NCBI RefSeq assembly: GCF_001447785.1
Contig: NW_015170904.1
Location: 810,371-874,370 of the forward strand
Direction: 5' to 3'
DNA: 64,000 bases
Origin: Gekko japonicus
Lineage: Eukaryota
The notes under the pieces were generated by a model, which was given only the letters and a program-made list of their open reading frames with translations, searched no databases and was not told the DNA's origin. Shown here piece after piece: positions 13,382 to 26,219 of the stretch. The position numbers and the translations under genes were made by a program. How positions within the stretch are numbered: the first letter of the stretch is position 1; each line of letters starts with the position of its first letter.

Positions 13382-14728
13382 TAAAACTTCACCCATTACA
13401 GCGTCCAGTGATTCAGACTATGTACATCCCATTTTGGAAACATAGACCCCATGCTTTATTTTAAGGGATTGTATTCAATCTTGATTATTTAGTAACCAAA
13501 GAGATTTTCCCAGATGGGTTGTGTTATTACTGTATTCATGATATTGCCAATAAAATCAAACTTCCTTTCATAAAGTCTCTTAACAAGACACTACTTACTT
13601 GCAGGGGTATTTTGCATATCAAAAGCTACCAAATAACAACAAAAGGAAAGGAAGGGTAATTTGTATTTGTAAAGGGGGTTGTTGTGAATATGATTTACGG
13701 ACAACATTTTTCAATTGTTATCATGCCCATTTTGTATAATCAACCCTTGTTCCCCTGTGGGTTATTCACGTGCTCTTCTATAATGAGAAATTTGGCAGAT
13801 CTCATCTCTTTAGTGCATCCTTAGTGCCCACCACGAGCTGAGGATCATGTTCTGCCTTGTTTACAGCTGACAGTGTTATTNNNNNNNNNNNNNNNNNNNN
13901 NNNNNNNNNNNNNNNNNNNNNNNNNNNNNNNNNNNNNNNNNNNNNNNNNNNNNNNNNNNNNNNNNNNNNNNNNNNNNNNNNNNNNNNNNNNNNNNNNNNN
14001 NNNNNNNNNNNNNNNNNNNNNNNNNNNNNNNNNNNNNNNNNNNNNNNNNNNNNNNNNNNNNNNNNNNNNNNNNNNNNNNNNNTCGTCCTCTGGAGACTTG
14101 CCTCACAGGTTCTGCATGTTAACTAGAGCAGCAGAACACACAGCAACTGATGATTAGCTCAGCCTCCAGAAGCTCAGCGGGCTGATAAACCACTGTTTTT
14201 GCTTTACAGATGCTTATTTCATTTATTTATCTGAAGATTGTATTAATCAAGCTAATGTGTCACTCGAGAGCATTTTCTCTAAGCCCTATGAAGAAACCAT
14301 AGAGAAGCAAGGACTTTTTTTTTTTTTTGCTCCACTGAACCTCTGTGTTTCTATTCATGTGGGGCTTTCTTTTTACTTTTGCAGCCAAGCTAGGATCCAC
14401 TGTGTGGAAAAATACAGGGGGAGGGAAGTTTTCACAAGCCTCATAATCATCTCTCCTTTTGTTATGATTGATTGTACTGGTGGCAGATATCTTCCTCATT
14501 AGTTAAAGGAATGATCTTTTCTGGATTTTCATAACACCTTGAAAAATTAAACCCCACTTTCTCCACCAAAAAAGATCAACTGTTTTTATGATCCCAAACT
14601 TAGTAAATGTTTTTGTTATACAAAACCGAATGTTCTCCAAATTGTTCATTGCTCTTTCCTACCCACGGGCTTTAAAGAGAGGAGTTAGCAGCCAGCCCAT
14701 GTTTCTTTTTCTTTTCTATTTTTCACAG

Positions 14729-14873
14729 GCACCCTGTGCATGTTAAAGAAGAACCATTAGATCCAGATGAAAATGAAGGACCACTATCTTTAGTGACCAC
14801 AGCCAATCACAGTCCAGAGTGTGATCACGACAGAGATTATGACGACGAAAATGTAAACGAGGACATAGAATGA
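14729..14873 (+). CDS. FOXP1: Forkhead box P1, terminal coding exon (145 bp including TGA)
   Basis: Long polypyrimidine tract ending ...tttcacag|. AT+G across the junction keeps the frame: (M)[47 protein letters not shown], the FOXP1 C-terminus. Missed by the ORF track. Confidence 0.97.
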
Positions 14874-16650
14874 GTGTGTCTGTGGTCGGGATCCTGTGAA
14901 TGAAGATTGTGGGGAGGGAGGAAAAAAAAACACATACTTCAAAATTAGCTGTGAAATCTCTCCCCTTTATTGTACAGTCTGGAGGATACTCTCGGTCCAT
15001 TTTGACAGCTATAAAATATGTTAACTCCTAGTGCCATCAAGTATCCCATTTGGGAATATTTTTGATTTTTCTACTTTTTGTTGAGAAAAAAAAGGAATTT
15101 GTACTCTGTGCATTGGATGGACTTGTTTGGTACTTGGGATTCCCTCTCACAGTCAACATCAGTGTTGTAAATTTATTCAACCGATTCGACTATTTGGCAG
15201 CAGACTTTGGACTGCGGTTCTTCCAGTTTGGGACACTGAAGACATCAAGCTGAGCATGTACACATAAATTGCAGATCAAGCCTTTGCCCAGATTTTAAGG
15301 ATTCCAATGGACAACATATTTGCACAGAATCGCATGTTGATTATCACTGCCTTTTACTTTGGGTTTGTTTTTGTTTTGCTTCCATTTGGGATGGGGAAGT
15401 GAGTCTGCGTGTGTGCGTGTGTGCACGTATGTATGTGCACATGTGAGTATGTATACACAATAGGGGTTAAACGAAAATTCTCCCCAGCTTTGTAGTGTAT
15501 AGCTTTGATTCCCCTCCTCCCCCACTTCTCCTACACCATTTTAAGTTCTGACCTCAGGCCTCAGGAGGGCCAGGGCCTTTTGAGGCTTAATGTTTTCTGT
15601 ACTTTTGTGATGAATGTTTATTAGGTGTTTTTATTATACAAAGCTGAATGTCCTTTGAATTGTTTGTAGTTCTTTTTTTTCTGCCATTCATTCCAGTTTC
15701 CTTCATTTTCGATAGCTATGGGAAACATTCCATTTGGGGATATGTCCCCCCCCCTTTAGAAAAAAAGAAGGTTCTCGTGTCGCTGCTCTAATCCATGTGC
15801 AAAGTTATCTCCCAACAGAAAGCAAGGCAGTACTGCAAGAGTGAGAATGAAAGGCAAACCAGCAGAGAAATTGTGTAGGACGTGGAGCAAATTTATTCCA
15901 CAAAGCAGTATGTGTTGTCATTGTTTTGGAGGTTGTTTTTATTTTGCAGAAATGATGGTTATTAACAAATATTACAAAACGGAACAGCACAAAAAAAAAT
16001 CCTGAACATGCAGCACCCAACCGTTTATTTTGTCAATAATAAATTGTGCAACATCAGGCTATTCTTTTCATATCATGAGTTTCTGGGCCATCAAACCTAT
16101 CTAGGATATCTAAAATGACCATATTGCATACCTAAACATGTATTATGGTTTGCACTTGCAAATAGGAATTGTAGAGCATTGTGTATGGTGTTTGATTTTT
16201 TTTTAACCAAGTTAAACAGTTCAAGGACTGCTAAGTAGCATACATTTCTTTTGGATATTGATTAGATTTCAGGTGGAAACTTGTTGGGAAGTCAAGAAAA
16301 CTAGTCATAAAGTGTTAATAATTTTAACTGGGCAAATTCTGTTACTGCAGTTAAGATTGTTATGCAATAGCACACCAACCAGTATGGAAAAAAATGAACA
16401 ATTGGAAACCTGTGGGTGAATTGGCACTGAGGCTTCTGTTGCAAGGGAACAGTGTTCTTCAGAGCAAATGCATGCCGACAACTGATGTTAAAGCATCAGT
16501 ACCCTTAATCACTGGACACGAAACACTTCTTGTCCTCCAACCACTTCTCTGTAGCTCACTTATTTATGTTGGACTATAGCTTTTTTTATTTCAAAAGCCT
16601 TTCAGATCTTAATTTATACTCTTACTTTGTACCCTTCCCCCCCTAAAATT

Positions 16651-16658
16651 ACCAAAGA
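16651..16658 (+). promoter_or_regulatory. miR-9 8mer site (ACCAAAGA) in FOXP1 3' UTR
   Basis: Exact 8mer seed match; FOXP1 is a known miR-9 target in other amniotes. Confidence 0.65.
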
Positions 16659-17516
16659 ATATTACACAAAGGTAAATTATGTTCTCTGTTATATGCTTTA
16701 TCTTATGAAGCCAAATATCCTCTTATTGTTGATCAAAGGAGGTGAAAGAATTTAGAAGCAAATGACAAGATATGGGCTATGGCTAACCTGAGAAGGAAAA
16801 ACTGCTCCATTATTAGGGTATAATTTAAAAGACCAAGTAGATGGCTGAACCAAAGTTGTGGGTTTTTTTTGTGTTCCTTTACCATGACCAAATGAATTAC
16901 TGCAATGAGAGAGCTTTTGAGGCTAAAATTAGGGAACAGTATTAAGTGGAGGGAGCATCCAAGGGCAGCTTTCCATCTTGGGGGAAGAAAAAAAAAAGAA
17001 TAGTCTGTTGTTCTTTTCCAGAAAAATTAGAGTATCTGAGAAAGGTGAGGAGACAGTTCTGTAATCTACGGAGGACTTCCCATGACTTAAACTGGGCCAT
17101 CTAAGAATATCTCATGAAATTATTTAATCCTTTTCATTTGGTCGTTGGCCTTTAGTAATCCTATTCACTTTTGTTAAAAGCCACTGCCAGGAGAATTTCT
17201 TTTTAAATTTGGTTTATGAGCGCAAGATTTTAGTGTGATGGTGACTGTTGTTTTCCCCCTTTGGTCAGCATCTTTAATGTGGAATAACACTCCTGTCCCC
17301 TTGTAAGCCTTGATACCATTTGAGTCAGTGGGATAGTTGTCAGTAAATTCCAACTGGATGCAGATTGTGTTCTTTGCTGACAGTTAAATATTTAAAGTCT
17401 TAATGGCCATTTTCAAACTGCCATTGTACTCAGTTTTAGTAACTGGTTGCTAATGGATTTTTTCTGTCATTTTAGACAGACCCATTTTAGTAACCAGCTG
17501 CTAGCAGAATTTATTT

Positions 17517-18129
17517 ATCTGTTCATACAAACCCGCTTGCATCGAGTTAACAAAGCGTGGTTGAGCCGCTTTTGAGGGAAACTGCTTTCTTCCATTTTCT
17601 ACCCCTTTTTTGCACTTCTGAATCGCTGTGGTGTGCTGTTTAAAATGTCCATAGCGCTTCCTAAAATGCCACTTCCCCCCCACCCTTTTTTGCTTCCTAA
17701 AATGCTACTTTCCCACCACCCTTTTTCACTGTGTGATCTTCCGCAGACTTTTTTACCATTCTAAATTGAGTGCTCTAGTGATAAACCAAGAGAGCACTTC
17801 AGTGCTATCATGGCACCATTGAGATGCCGCTATAGAGTCAATGAAGTCAGTGGAGTCAAGGCATCTCAGTGGTGCCGCTATAGCACTGAAGTGTTCTATT
17901 GGTTTAGCGCTGATTCAGTGGAGTCAAGGCATCTCAGGGGTGCCACTATAGCATTGAAGCGGTATATTGGTTTAGCTCTATAGTGCTCAATTTAGAATGT
18001 TTTTTTTTTTAAAGCTCCAAGGGAGATTACGCGGCAAAAGGGGGCAGGGAAAAAATGGCACTATTTGAAATGACCATAGTGCTTCAGAGGCAGGTCATTA
18101 ACGGAAGGAAATTCGCTGTATGAAACCCC
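17517..18129. mobile_element. Fold-back non-autonomous DNA transposon (Harbinger-like MITE?) inside the FOXP1 3' UTR
   Basis: Terminal ttcataca / tgtatgaa, long internal inverted repeat (17757-17828 vs 17928-17999) and a 68-bp tandem duplication. Confidence 0.6.
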
Positions 18130-20678
18130 TGTCCCTGTATCGCTTTACTTAAAATCAGGCCAACAATGAATGACATCCAGTTTAGAACTGTTATATGAAA
18201 ATCTTCAATACTTTTTTCCTCTTTTCCTTTGCTGATTTTTTTGTTCCATTTAGAGAAGGGCAGTCTGTAGTCACTTCAAACATTATCGAAACAAGCCTTA
18301 TTCAGGCAGCTCCATGACGTGCAGGAGGTAGCCAGATGGGAGCACGAGAAGGTATCCCCTGTGCTTCAAAACTGAGTGGTTTTGCTGGTTAGCTTGGTAT
18401 TCAAAAGGGGATAAAAATCTGGTAGATTAGTTCATTCTCCGCATGTGTAGCTAGACATGAGTAAAGATAACAGCATGAGAAACTGTTAGTACGCATACCT
18501 CAGTTCAAACTGTTAGGGAATGAGTAAATAATAAAAAATAAAAAATACATTTCACTCAGTTGCACTTAGTTGTATGTCTTGCATGCATAGTCTAAAGACT
18601 GTAGCAAAATAATTAAAAAGAAAAGGAAATAAAAAAATTAGACTTACCATACCATGCAGGTATCACTATCCTGCAAAAGAACCAAGAGAAGGAAAAAAAA
18701 TCTCAGGCTTTACATCAAGCAAACACTATTTTTTACAAATTTCTGATTCTGTGTCCCTTTGGATATAAAAAAATTTGCTCCTATGGGTTGGGGTTTATTA
18801 TGTTGTACATATATAGCCCAAATGTGTCTCTGTGATCATTTGTCTTTTTGGTGGGTGGGAGATGGGGGTGGGGTGGCAAGGGAAGGAAGGATGGAGGAGA
18901 AAGTCCTTTTTTAAAAAAAATTAATGATTCCTCAAAAGGAAAAAATGCATACCTGTTTGTCAAACCACCTTTTGCTTTCTGTGCAACTGCTTTATATTAA
19001 CTATTCTTTAAAAATGCTTTGGGGGAAAATCCTACTGTATGTAATGGAATTGCAGAATATGCTGCACATGTATTTTATTTAGCTATCCTTGCTTTAAGAC
19101 TATTGGATGACATTTGCTGACATGTGGGAGAAAATCCCGGATGCTTTGTTTTGGTTTTGCCAGCCCCCCCCCCCTTTTGGCATCTAAAATGTAACATAGT
19201 TGACAGATGATTCCTCTCCCCCTTATGGATCGAATGATTTTTGTACAGGTTTTTGTTGTTGTTGTTTTATGCTGTTATTGTTTTTTTAAAAAAAATACTT
19301 TCCTCACCCCCCACCCCCTTCTGTTATCCTACCACTGCCTATTTCTGGCTCTCTTAAAGAAAAAGGAAAAAAAAGTTGTTTCAAAAATGTTTCCTCCTCC
19401 TGCAGTAAATACTTTGCATGATGAATTCCGAGGTCACACTTTCAAAGTTTATCAGTGAAGTAGTGATTAATAATGAGAGTGTCAAAATTATTGAACTTTT
19501 GTATAAAAAAATACTTTACAAGGTGCCAAGATGTAAAGACAATTTGTTACATGTTTTTTTTTCTTTTTTTCTCAAAGGAAAGCATACAATACAAAAGTAG
19601 TACCATGTATCAGGTAAACTGTTGTCAGGAATGAGAGTCAACGCCTCCCTTCCTCCCACACACACTCTCTCCATCCCTCTCATCCACTCTCTCTCTGTGT
19701 CACAAAAATATACACAGCTTTACAGACCTAGTGGAGCCCCCTTCCCTTCCCAGATAAATAAGCAGTGCTGCTGTTAAGCTACTGTGATATAGGAGGAAGG
19801 GTATTCTCCAACAGGTGGACTCCAGAAATGGAGAAGCAGGCACATAGCCCCCTGTGCTTCAATTGCACAGCTCCTCCTCCCCCCCCCCAAAAAAAACCAA
19901 TACCCTGTATGCAGCCCCTAAGGGATTAATGTGCTGGTTACCCCCTAAACAACTTTTTGCAACTGTGGTGGAAGAGATCCCCACATAACTGCGTTCCCGT
20001 CTCTGGATCAGGCCAGAACATGTCATCAGAAACATAAAACATACTGGATTTCTTCATCAGAAGTAGGAAGAAAGAGAAAGTTGATACTTGTGTTAAAGGG
20101 GGGGGTGGCTTTTTAGTCCCCTTTGGAGAATGCAACCATAGTACCCATAACTAGATATCAAGATAGGAGAAGTAAGTGATGGGGAAGGGGAGGGAGGGGT
20201 ATTATTCTACAAATAATACAGATCATTAGATATTTTATATATAAATATATCAAAGTTCTTAAAGAACCTAATTTTAAACTATTGTAGTTTTCAGAATGCT
20301 GATGAGCTACATTCCTTATAGCATGGAGAATGTGTGTTACACTCTTTTGAAAAGCCTTTGGTACCTTTTGGTTAATGTATTTGGAGAAAGTTTTAGGTGT
20401 TACAGAAATAATTTCTCATTCTAGTCTTGGAGAGTTAACATTTGCAGATCTGTTCTCCATCTTGAACTAGCCCAGAGTAGGTTACAGAATTATCTCCTTC
20501 CCATAAGCCTTGATGAAAATGGTACAGTCCAGACTGTTAGCATGGTGCTTCATGTGTATGTGCTGCCAGTAACAAGATTCCCCTTTTTATTTTTCAATCT
20601 TTCTTTTTTTGAGGCATACAAGAAACTCGTTCCTTACATCAACTGTAATTCCATCATTCCATGTCTGTTGATGCAGAC

Positions 20679-20739
20679 AATAAAATGTTGTGTAGTCAGT
20701 AATTATTACTGACATTATAGCATTCTCTAATGCAATAAA
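20679..20739 (+). terminator. Tandem polyadenylation signals (AATAAA at 20679 and 20734)
   Basis: Two canonical hexamers 55 bp apart followed by GT/T-rich sequence (gtgttttgctttc). Confidence 0.7.
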
Positions 20740-21499
20740 AGTGCTGGTTGTTCACACTGGTGATACATGTTCCCATGTGCAAAGTGTTTTGCTTTCCTCA
20801 ACACTCCGGTCTACCATACTGATCTTATACATGAAGGTCCACTCGAGCAGGTATCTTCCAGCCATGGATAATCCGAACTAAAAGTGGAACCTGAATTGCA
20901 TGCTTTTTGTTGTAAGACACTGTGTATTTCTCACTTGTAGAGGTAGGTCAAGGGAATGGTATGCTAATCCATTTTATCTAAGCACTTGGGGGGCTTCATG
21001 TATTCCAGTTAATGCTGTGAACCCAGGGGCCCATCCACTGACAGAATGTAGTCCAAATGGTTACTTACTGTCAAAAACTACAATTGGGTAACTATGATTA
21101 TTTCATAATTCCTTAAAGAGACAAAACATGGTAAGGCCCAGTCTTAGAAATATAGTGAAATGCTATTTCCCCAAACTCTTTTATCCCTACACTGATTGCA
21201 AGAGAGGAAGATGGGAGACAGTATGAATCTCAGGAGGAAAAAAAGTGACTGAAATCCTCTACCCCCATTACTTTAGCATGGTTCCTTCCTACTGCTCGGT
21301 GACATTGAATTTAAGTTCATGTGAAAGTACAGTCACTCCAATGGCGCCAAAAATAATTCCTTGATCCTAGCACATTTTGTTTGCCTTGTTGGAATCCTTG
21401 ATGGTCCCATTCAGGAATTATTTCTGAGTGTAATGTATGTGTAAAATGCAACATAGTTGCAGCACAAATATTCTGTTTATATGTCAGTGTTTCCTGACT

Positions 21500-21712
21500 T
21501 GGATAGCCCACACTAGTGCAATCTTGTCAAATTTTAGAAGCTAAGCAGGGTCCGGACCTGGCTAATATTTGGATGAGAGCCCTCCATGGAATACCAGGGT
21601 CATGACATGGAGGCAAGCGATGTCAAACCACCTCTGAGCATCTCTTGCCTTGAAAACCCTGCAGGGTCGCCATAAGTCAGCTGTGACTTGATGGGACTTT
21701 CCACCACCACAA
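21500..21712 (+). mobile_element. 5S rRNA-derived SINE
   Basis: agaagctaagcagggtccggacctggctaatatttggatgagagcc 5S-like head, shared body, ccaccacca tail. Confidence 0.8.
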
Positions 21713-24700
21713 ACCACCATTTGTGCAAATACCCACTATGCACCTCTAATTATCTACTTCTCAATTTCCCACAGGCTATTCAAATGAATGAGGATGTAGA
21801 ATTGTCATGATTTTGATAGCATTGGTCTTTAGTGGGAAAAAAGTTGAACCTAAACATTACAGGTTCGAATTATGCAGTCCTTCACTGGTGGGTTCAAAAG
21901 GTTTAGAAATGCCTAAGCCATCCATAAGGGGTTTCAGAGCACCAGTGCCCCTCCAGACAAATACATTTTTTTCTACAAGAAAGGAAAATAAAAATGTTTA
22001 ATAACTAGCATTAGCAGGATCTAAAATTTNNNNNNNNNNNNNNNNNNNNNNNNNNNNNNNNNNNNNNNNNNNNNNNNNNNNNNNNNNNNNNNNNNNNNNN
22101 NNNNNNNNNNNNNNNNNNNNNNNNNNNNNNNNNNNNNNNNNNNNNNNNNNNNNNNNNNNNNNNNNNNNNNNNNNNNNNNNNNNNNTGATTTTATAAAAAT
22201 ATTCTCTCATAAAATTAAATGGATGGGGAAGGTGTTATAATAAATGTCAATAGTGTATTGAACTGTTATTGATTTTTGATCACTTGATGAACAGGAATGT
22301 TATCAGTGGAAATTAATGGGGGGGATTTGTGATTTTAAAATAACAGAAAACTTCCTAGCTCATATTTAAAATTAAATAGCTATGCAGAATAACTGATGGT
22401 ATGTTTGAAATTATGAACTTGTATGAAAGAAAAGCTGGATTTGTTTCACTTGCCAATTTTAATACAGCCATTAAAATAAAAAATTTAGTATACAGAAAAA
22501 TACAATATTAAATGTCCATAGTGTAACATTACCATTCCTATAACCCTGGGCTTGCATACAACCTCAGGTTATATATCTCAAGTAAGCCTCGGTTAAAATC
22601 CATGCACACTAGCAGTGCAAGAGTTATACCCATCTAAACCAAAGGTACAAAAAGCTACTTTAGGCATGCCTATGTTCTTGGATATAGATAATATTTTACT
22701 AGTTTGAATGCAAGACACCTCTTATGTCATATTATGAACTGCTTTGCAAAAATGGTTTGCTGTATGACATGTGGATGTCTCTTTGAGAAATTCATGAGTG
22801 GAAATCATTCTTTGGCTGTAGATTATTACATGTTGAATGCTGGTAGTGGTAAATAGGGAAGAACCACCATCCTCCCATCCTTGTTTTCACATCCTGAATT
22901 AGGGGAAGTCTGAATAACTTTCCCTATAATTCCTTGAACTCGGGGTTGCAAGAAAAAGGTAACAGAATTCAAGTAGAGATTTCACTCTTGTAAATAAAAC
23001 TTATTTTTCATCATCTGAAATGGGTTCATAACCAGCTTGTTGATCCTGTGCATAATTGAAATGATGCATAAAGATCTATAGGAAATCGCAAATGATTGCT
23101 GATGAAGAATCAACATAGAATTTGCACTAATGAAGCACCAAATTAACATCTCCAGATTGACACCATATTGTGAAATGTTGTTTCCATTGACTTCAGTATT
23201 ACCATGAACCAGAAATTTAAATATTGGTTTCTCAGGATGGGGTCTTATTTATTTATTTATTTATTGCATTCCATTCTCAAAACTTTTGGCAAGTCCTGCC
23301 CGTACTTTGTCTGAAGAATTAATGCAATACAATAAATTAAAGGTCTTCGGTGTTCCCTGAAGATGCTTGGGCTATCTGTAACTGGAGCATCTGACCCAAA
23401 TTATATCTTGCTTTTTGTAGGGGGGGGGGAGGATTACCCAAGTTTTGCTCCAATAGTGTGCAGAAGATGTGGAATTCTAGCTTAACGGTTTAAATAGACA
23501 TGAGTGAGGAGATAGCCCTAAAAGCTTTTAGAAAACTTAGAAGGCTAACCTCCATTCAACAAAGGAAACTAGAGAAACTGTGAAGACTAAATGCAGGAGC
23601 TCAGATGAAATGAGTTTACAGTATTCCACATTGACCAAGCCCTGATTTCAGTTGGAAGCATGTTCCACCAGACTGGGCCCTGGTTGAGGCAAGGCGGGCA
23701 TCTTTCAGGCCAAGGACAACCATTTATGGAAGAACAAAACACTTCCTATCCAAGAAACTCGGTTCACTGGACAAGAGATGGATTAGTCCCTAGACAAATG
23801 CTTTCCATAAGCACACATTTACTTTCCCCAAAAGTGGCTGCCTACTCACTTTTATGTTTACTCACAAGGGGCCGAATAATACTCAGCTAGGAACAAAATC
23901 TGCTCCCTTTTGATAATGAGCAGGTTTATGCATGCCCTGTATGAATTGTCTGCACTATATTGGTGGTCACCCTTTCTGTGCCCACCATTTCTCACTTAAA
24001 TTGTGGCATTTGGAGGAATAAATGCACAATCAAGCTGAACGTAAGTGATGTGGACAGATTTACTACACCCCTCTATAACCACATTTTTGAAGTGGGTGAA
24101 GAGGATAGGGAGATAAGTGGATTGCCCCTCATGGACTATTTGGTGTGCACATCCTTTGTAAGTAGTGTCAGGACCCCATGACTGAGTGCAGGTGACCATT
24201 TACAAAATGGTGATTAACTATGCAGTAGTGGGGGGATACATAACCCACTGGGAATTAAGCACCAAAGTCAACTGAAGTTAATTTGAATGTGAATAATGTA
24301 TTAAAGGAAATATAATTAGCTGGACCTCAAATCAGTTTTTGCCTGGCACCTAAAACTGAAAATACCTGGCAGGTGGCTGTGGGAAGAACATTCCACGGCT
24401 GATGTGACACTGCAGAAAAGTGTTGTTGATCAGGTTTGCATGGGAACAAGGGGTCTTCTAAATACCCTGCCCCCCAAATGGCTTAGGATTTAAGGATAAC
24501 TGGCTGTTTGCATTGTGGCAAGAAGAGATACAGGGTGCCGGTACAGCCCTTTTGAGACTGGAAGGAGATATTCCTAATAATCTGCACCAGTCAGTCATCT
24601 TGCCATAGCATTTCTATGCCAACTGAGCCTTTCAAAGAGTCTTCATGTGGAGAGCCTTGCTCCTCACCGCTTTTCACAAGCTTAGATCTTCATTACATCA

Positions 24701-24927
24701 TTGCCTAATCCATAGGAGCCCTGGACTGGTCTTCATAGAAGATTCTTGTACAGTTAATTGCAGCCCAAGTATGAAAAAAGTATTGCTCATTTTAGGATGT
24801 TATTTTCCTGGTGAATTTGCTCATGCATGCTAAGGTTCCCTCTGTTGCGGTTTGCATACATTAAGCCAAGGGTTGTTTTGTGCTGAGGTCGTAGCCATAA
24901 GTGAGTTGCAGGAATGTTGGGTCTGGC

Positions 24928-25596
24928 CAGGCCTATAGCTACAGTGGGGCCCCTTGGGGCTCCATCCCCATCACACATCAGCCAGACCCCACAAGGCCTT
25001 GCTGCTAGAAATAGTTTTTTAATTAATTTTAATTATTTTTAATTCATTCTGTAAAGTCATGGTACAGCAGGCACTGCTCCCTGCCTGCTTCCTGGTTTGC
25101 TGGTAACCCTACACGTGACCTCGCCAGCTCTCCCTCCCTCTCTGCTCTCCCCTCCCTCCCTCCCTGTGTATTTCCCACAGTACTCTGCTGCCAGTCTTCA
25201 TCTTCATCACTTCTGTTAAAAGTGCGGCTGATCCTTGAACCCTGGTAGACGCATCAGATTCGGGGGGGGGGGGTGGTTGTCAGACTCATGGGGGGGGTGG
25301 GGGATTTAGCAGCTCAAGGCCCTCTATAAAGGCATCCAAGAGTCTTGCATCTGTAATCCCCCCCCTTTCAGTTATTAGTTCCTGTCCATTTTACCAATCT
25401 CCCTGGCTTTCTTAAATAACAGAAACAACAATGGGGGGTGTTAGTCTGCTCTGGAGAGAACGGCAGAATTGTTTTACCTGTTTCAAGCATAGGACCAACA
25501 ACAGGACAGGACCAACACCCCTGCACAGAAGCCCAACCCCAGCCCCATCAGAAAAAAATATACCCAACAAGCCAAAAAAACCTGGCTACGGGCCTG
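24928..25596. mobile_element. Non-autonomous hAT transposon (669 bp)
   Basis: TIRs CAGGCCTATAGC / GCTACGGGCCTG and a perfect 8-bp TSD GGTCTGGC (24920-24927, 25597-25604). A related end occurs at 33168. Confidence 0.8.
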
Positions 25597-25756
25597 GGTC
25601 TGGCTTTCACAATTTCAGTTACAGATGCTGCAGGCAAATTAACATTAAAGAGAGACTTTTCTGTACAAACAGTTTACTATATACCAGTTTTTATGTGAGG
25701 CACCAACATTGTCAAAGCCTGTGCAATTTCTGAAGCTGGATGTTGTCATAGCATTA

Positions 25757-26105
25757 GTAAAGGTAAAGGTAAAGGTTCCCTTGCTTGAAAGCCAGTCAAA
25801 TCCGACTCTAGGGGTGCGGTGCTCATCTCCGTTTCAAAGCCGAAGAGCCAGCGCTGTCCGAATACATTTCCGTGGTCATGTGGCCGGCATGACTAAACAC
25901 CAAGGCGCACGGAACGCTGTTACCTTCCCACCGAAGTGGTACCTATTTATCTACTTGCAATTTCTTGCTTTCGAACTGCTAGGTTGGCAGGAGCTGGAAC
26001 TAGAGACAGGAGCTCACCCCGTCTTGCGGCACCCGGGTCTTGAACTGCTGAACTACCGACCTTCCACAGCCTGCAGTTCAGCGTCTTAACCACTTGAGCC
26101 ACCCC
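25757..26105 (-). mobile_element. Sauria SINE, near full length
   Basis: (ACCTTT)n tail on the minus strand, characteristic ccgtggtcatgtggccggcatgact core, tRNA-like head. Confidence 0.88.
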
Positions 26106-26219
26106 AGCTGGTTTTCAAATAGACAAGTTCACTGCACTGTACAACAAAAATTGTGTGGACAAGCCCACCACTAATAAAGTAATATGCCTACTGTTCCTGG
26201 ACAAAATCTGTTGAATCCT

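Larger units (their letters stand above)
6341..14728 (+). other. FOXP1: FOXP1 last intron (GT-AG, ~8.4 kb, contains two N gaps)
   Basis: Canonical splice sites with compatible phase on both sides. Confidence 0.93.
14874..20760 (+). other. FOXP1: FOXP1 long 3' UTR (~5.9 kb)
   Basis: Follows the stop codon; U/A-rich, almost free of SINEs, rich in miRNA seed matches; ends at tandem AATAAA. SINEs resume at ~21.5 kb. The exact end is inferred. Confidence 0.75.

Noticed and set aside
12956-14157. ORFs spanning X runs (also at ~22.0, 33.2 and 52.0 kb)
   Set aside because: Created by N gaps; the content is unknown.
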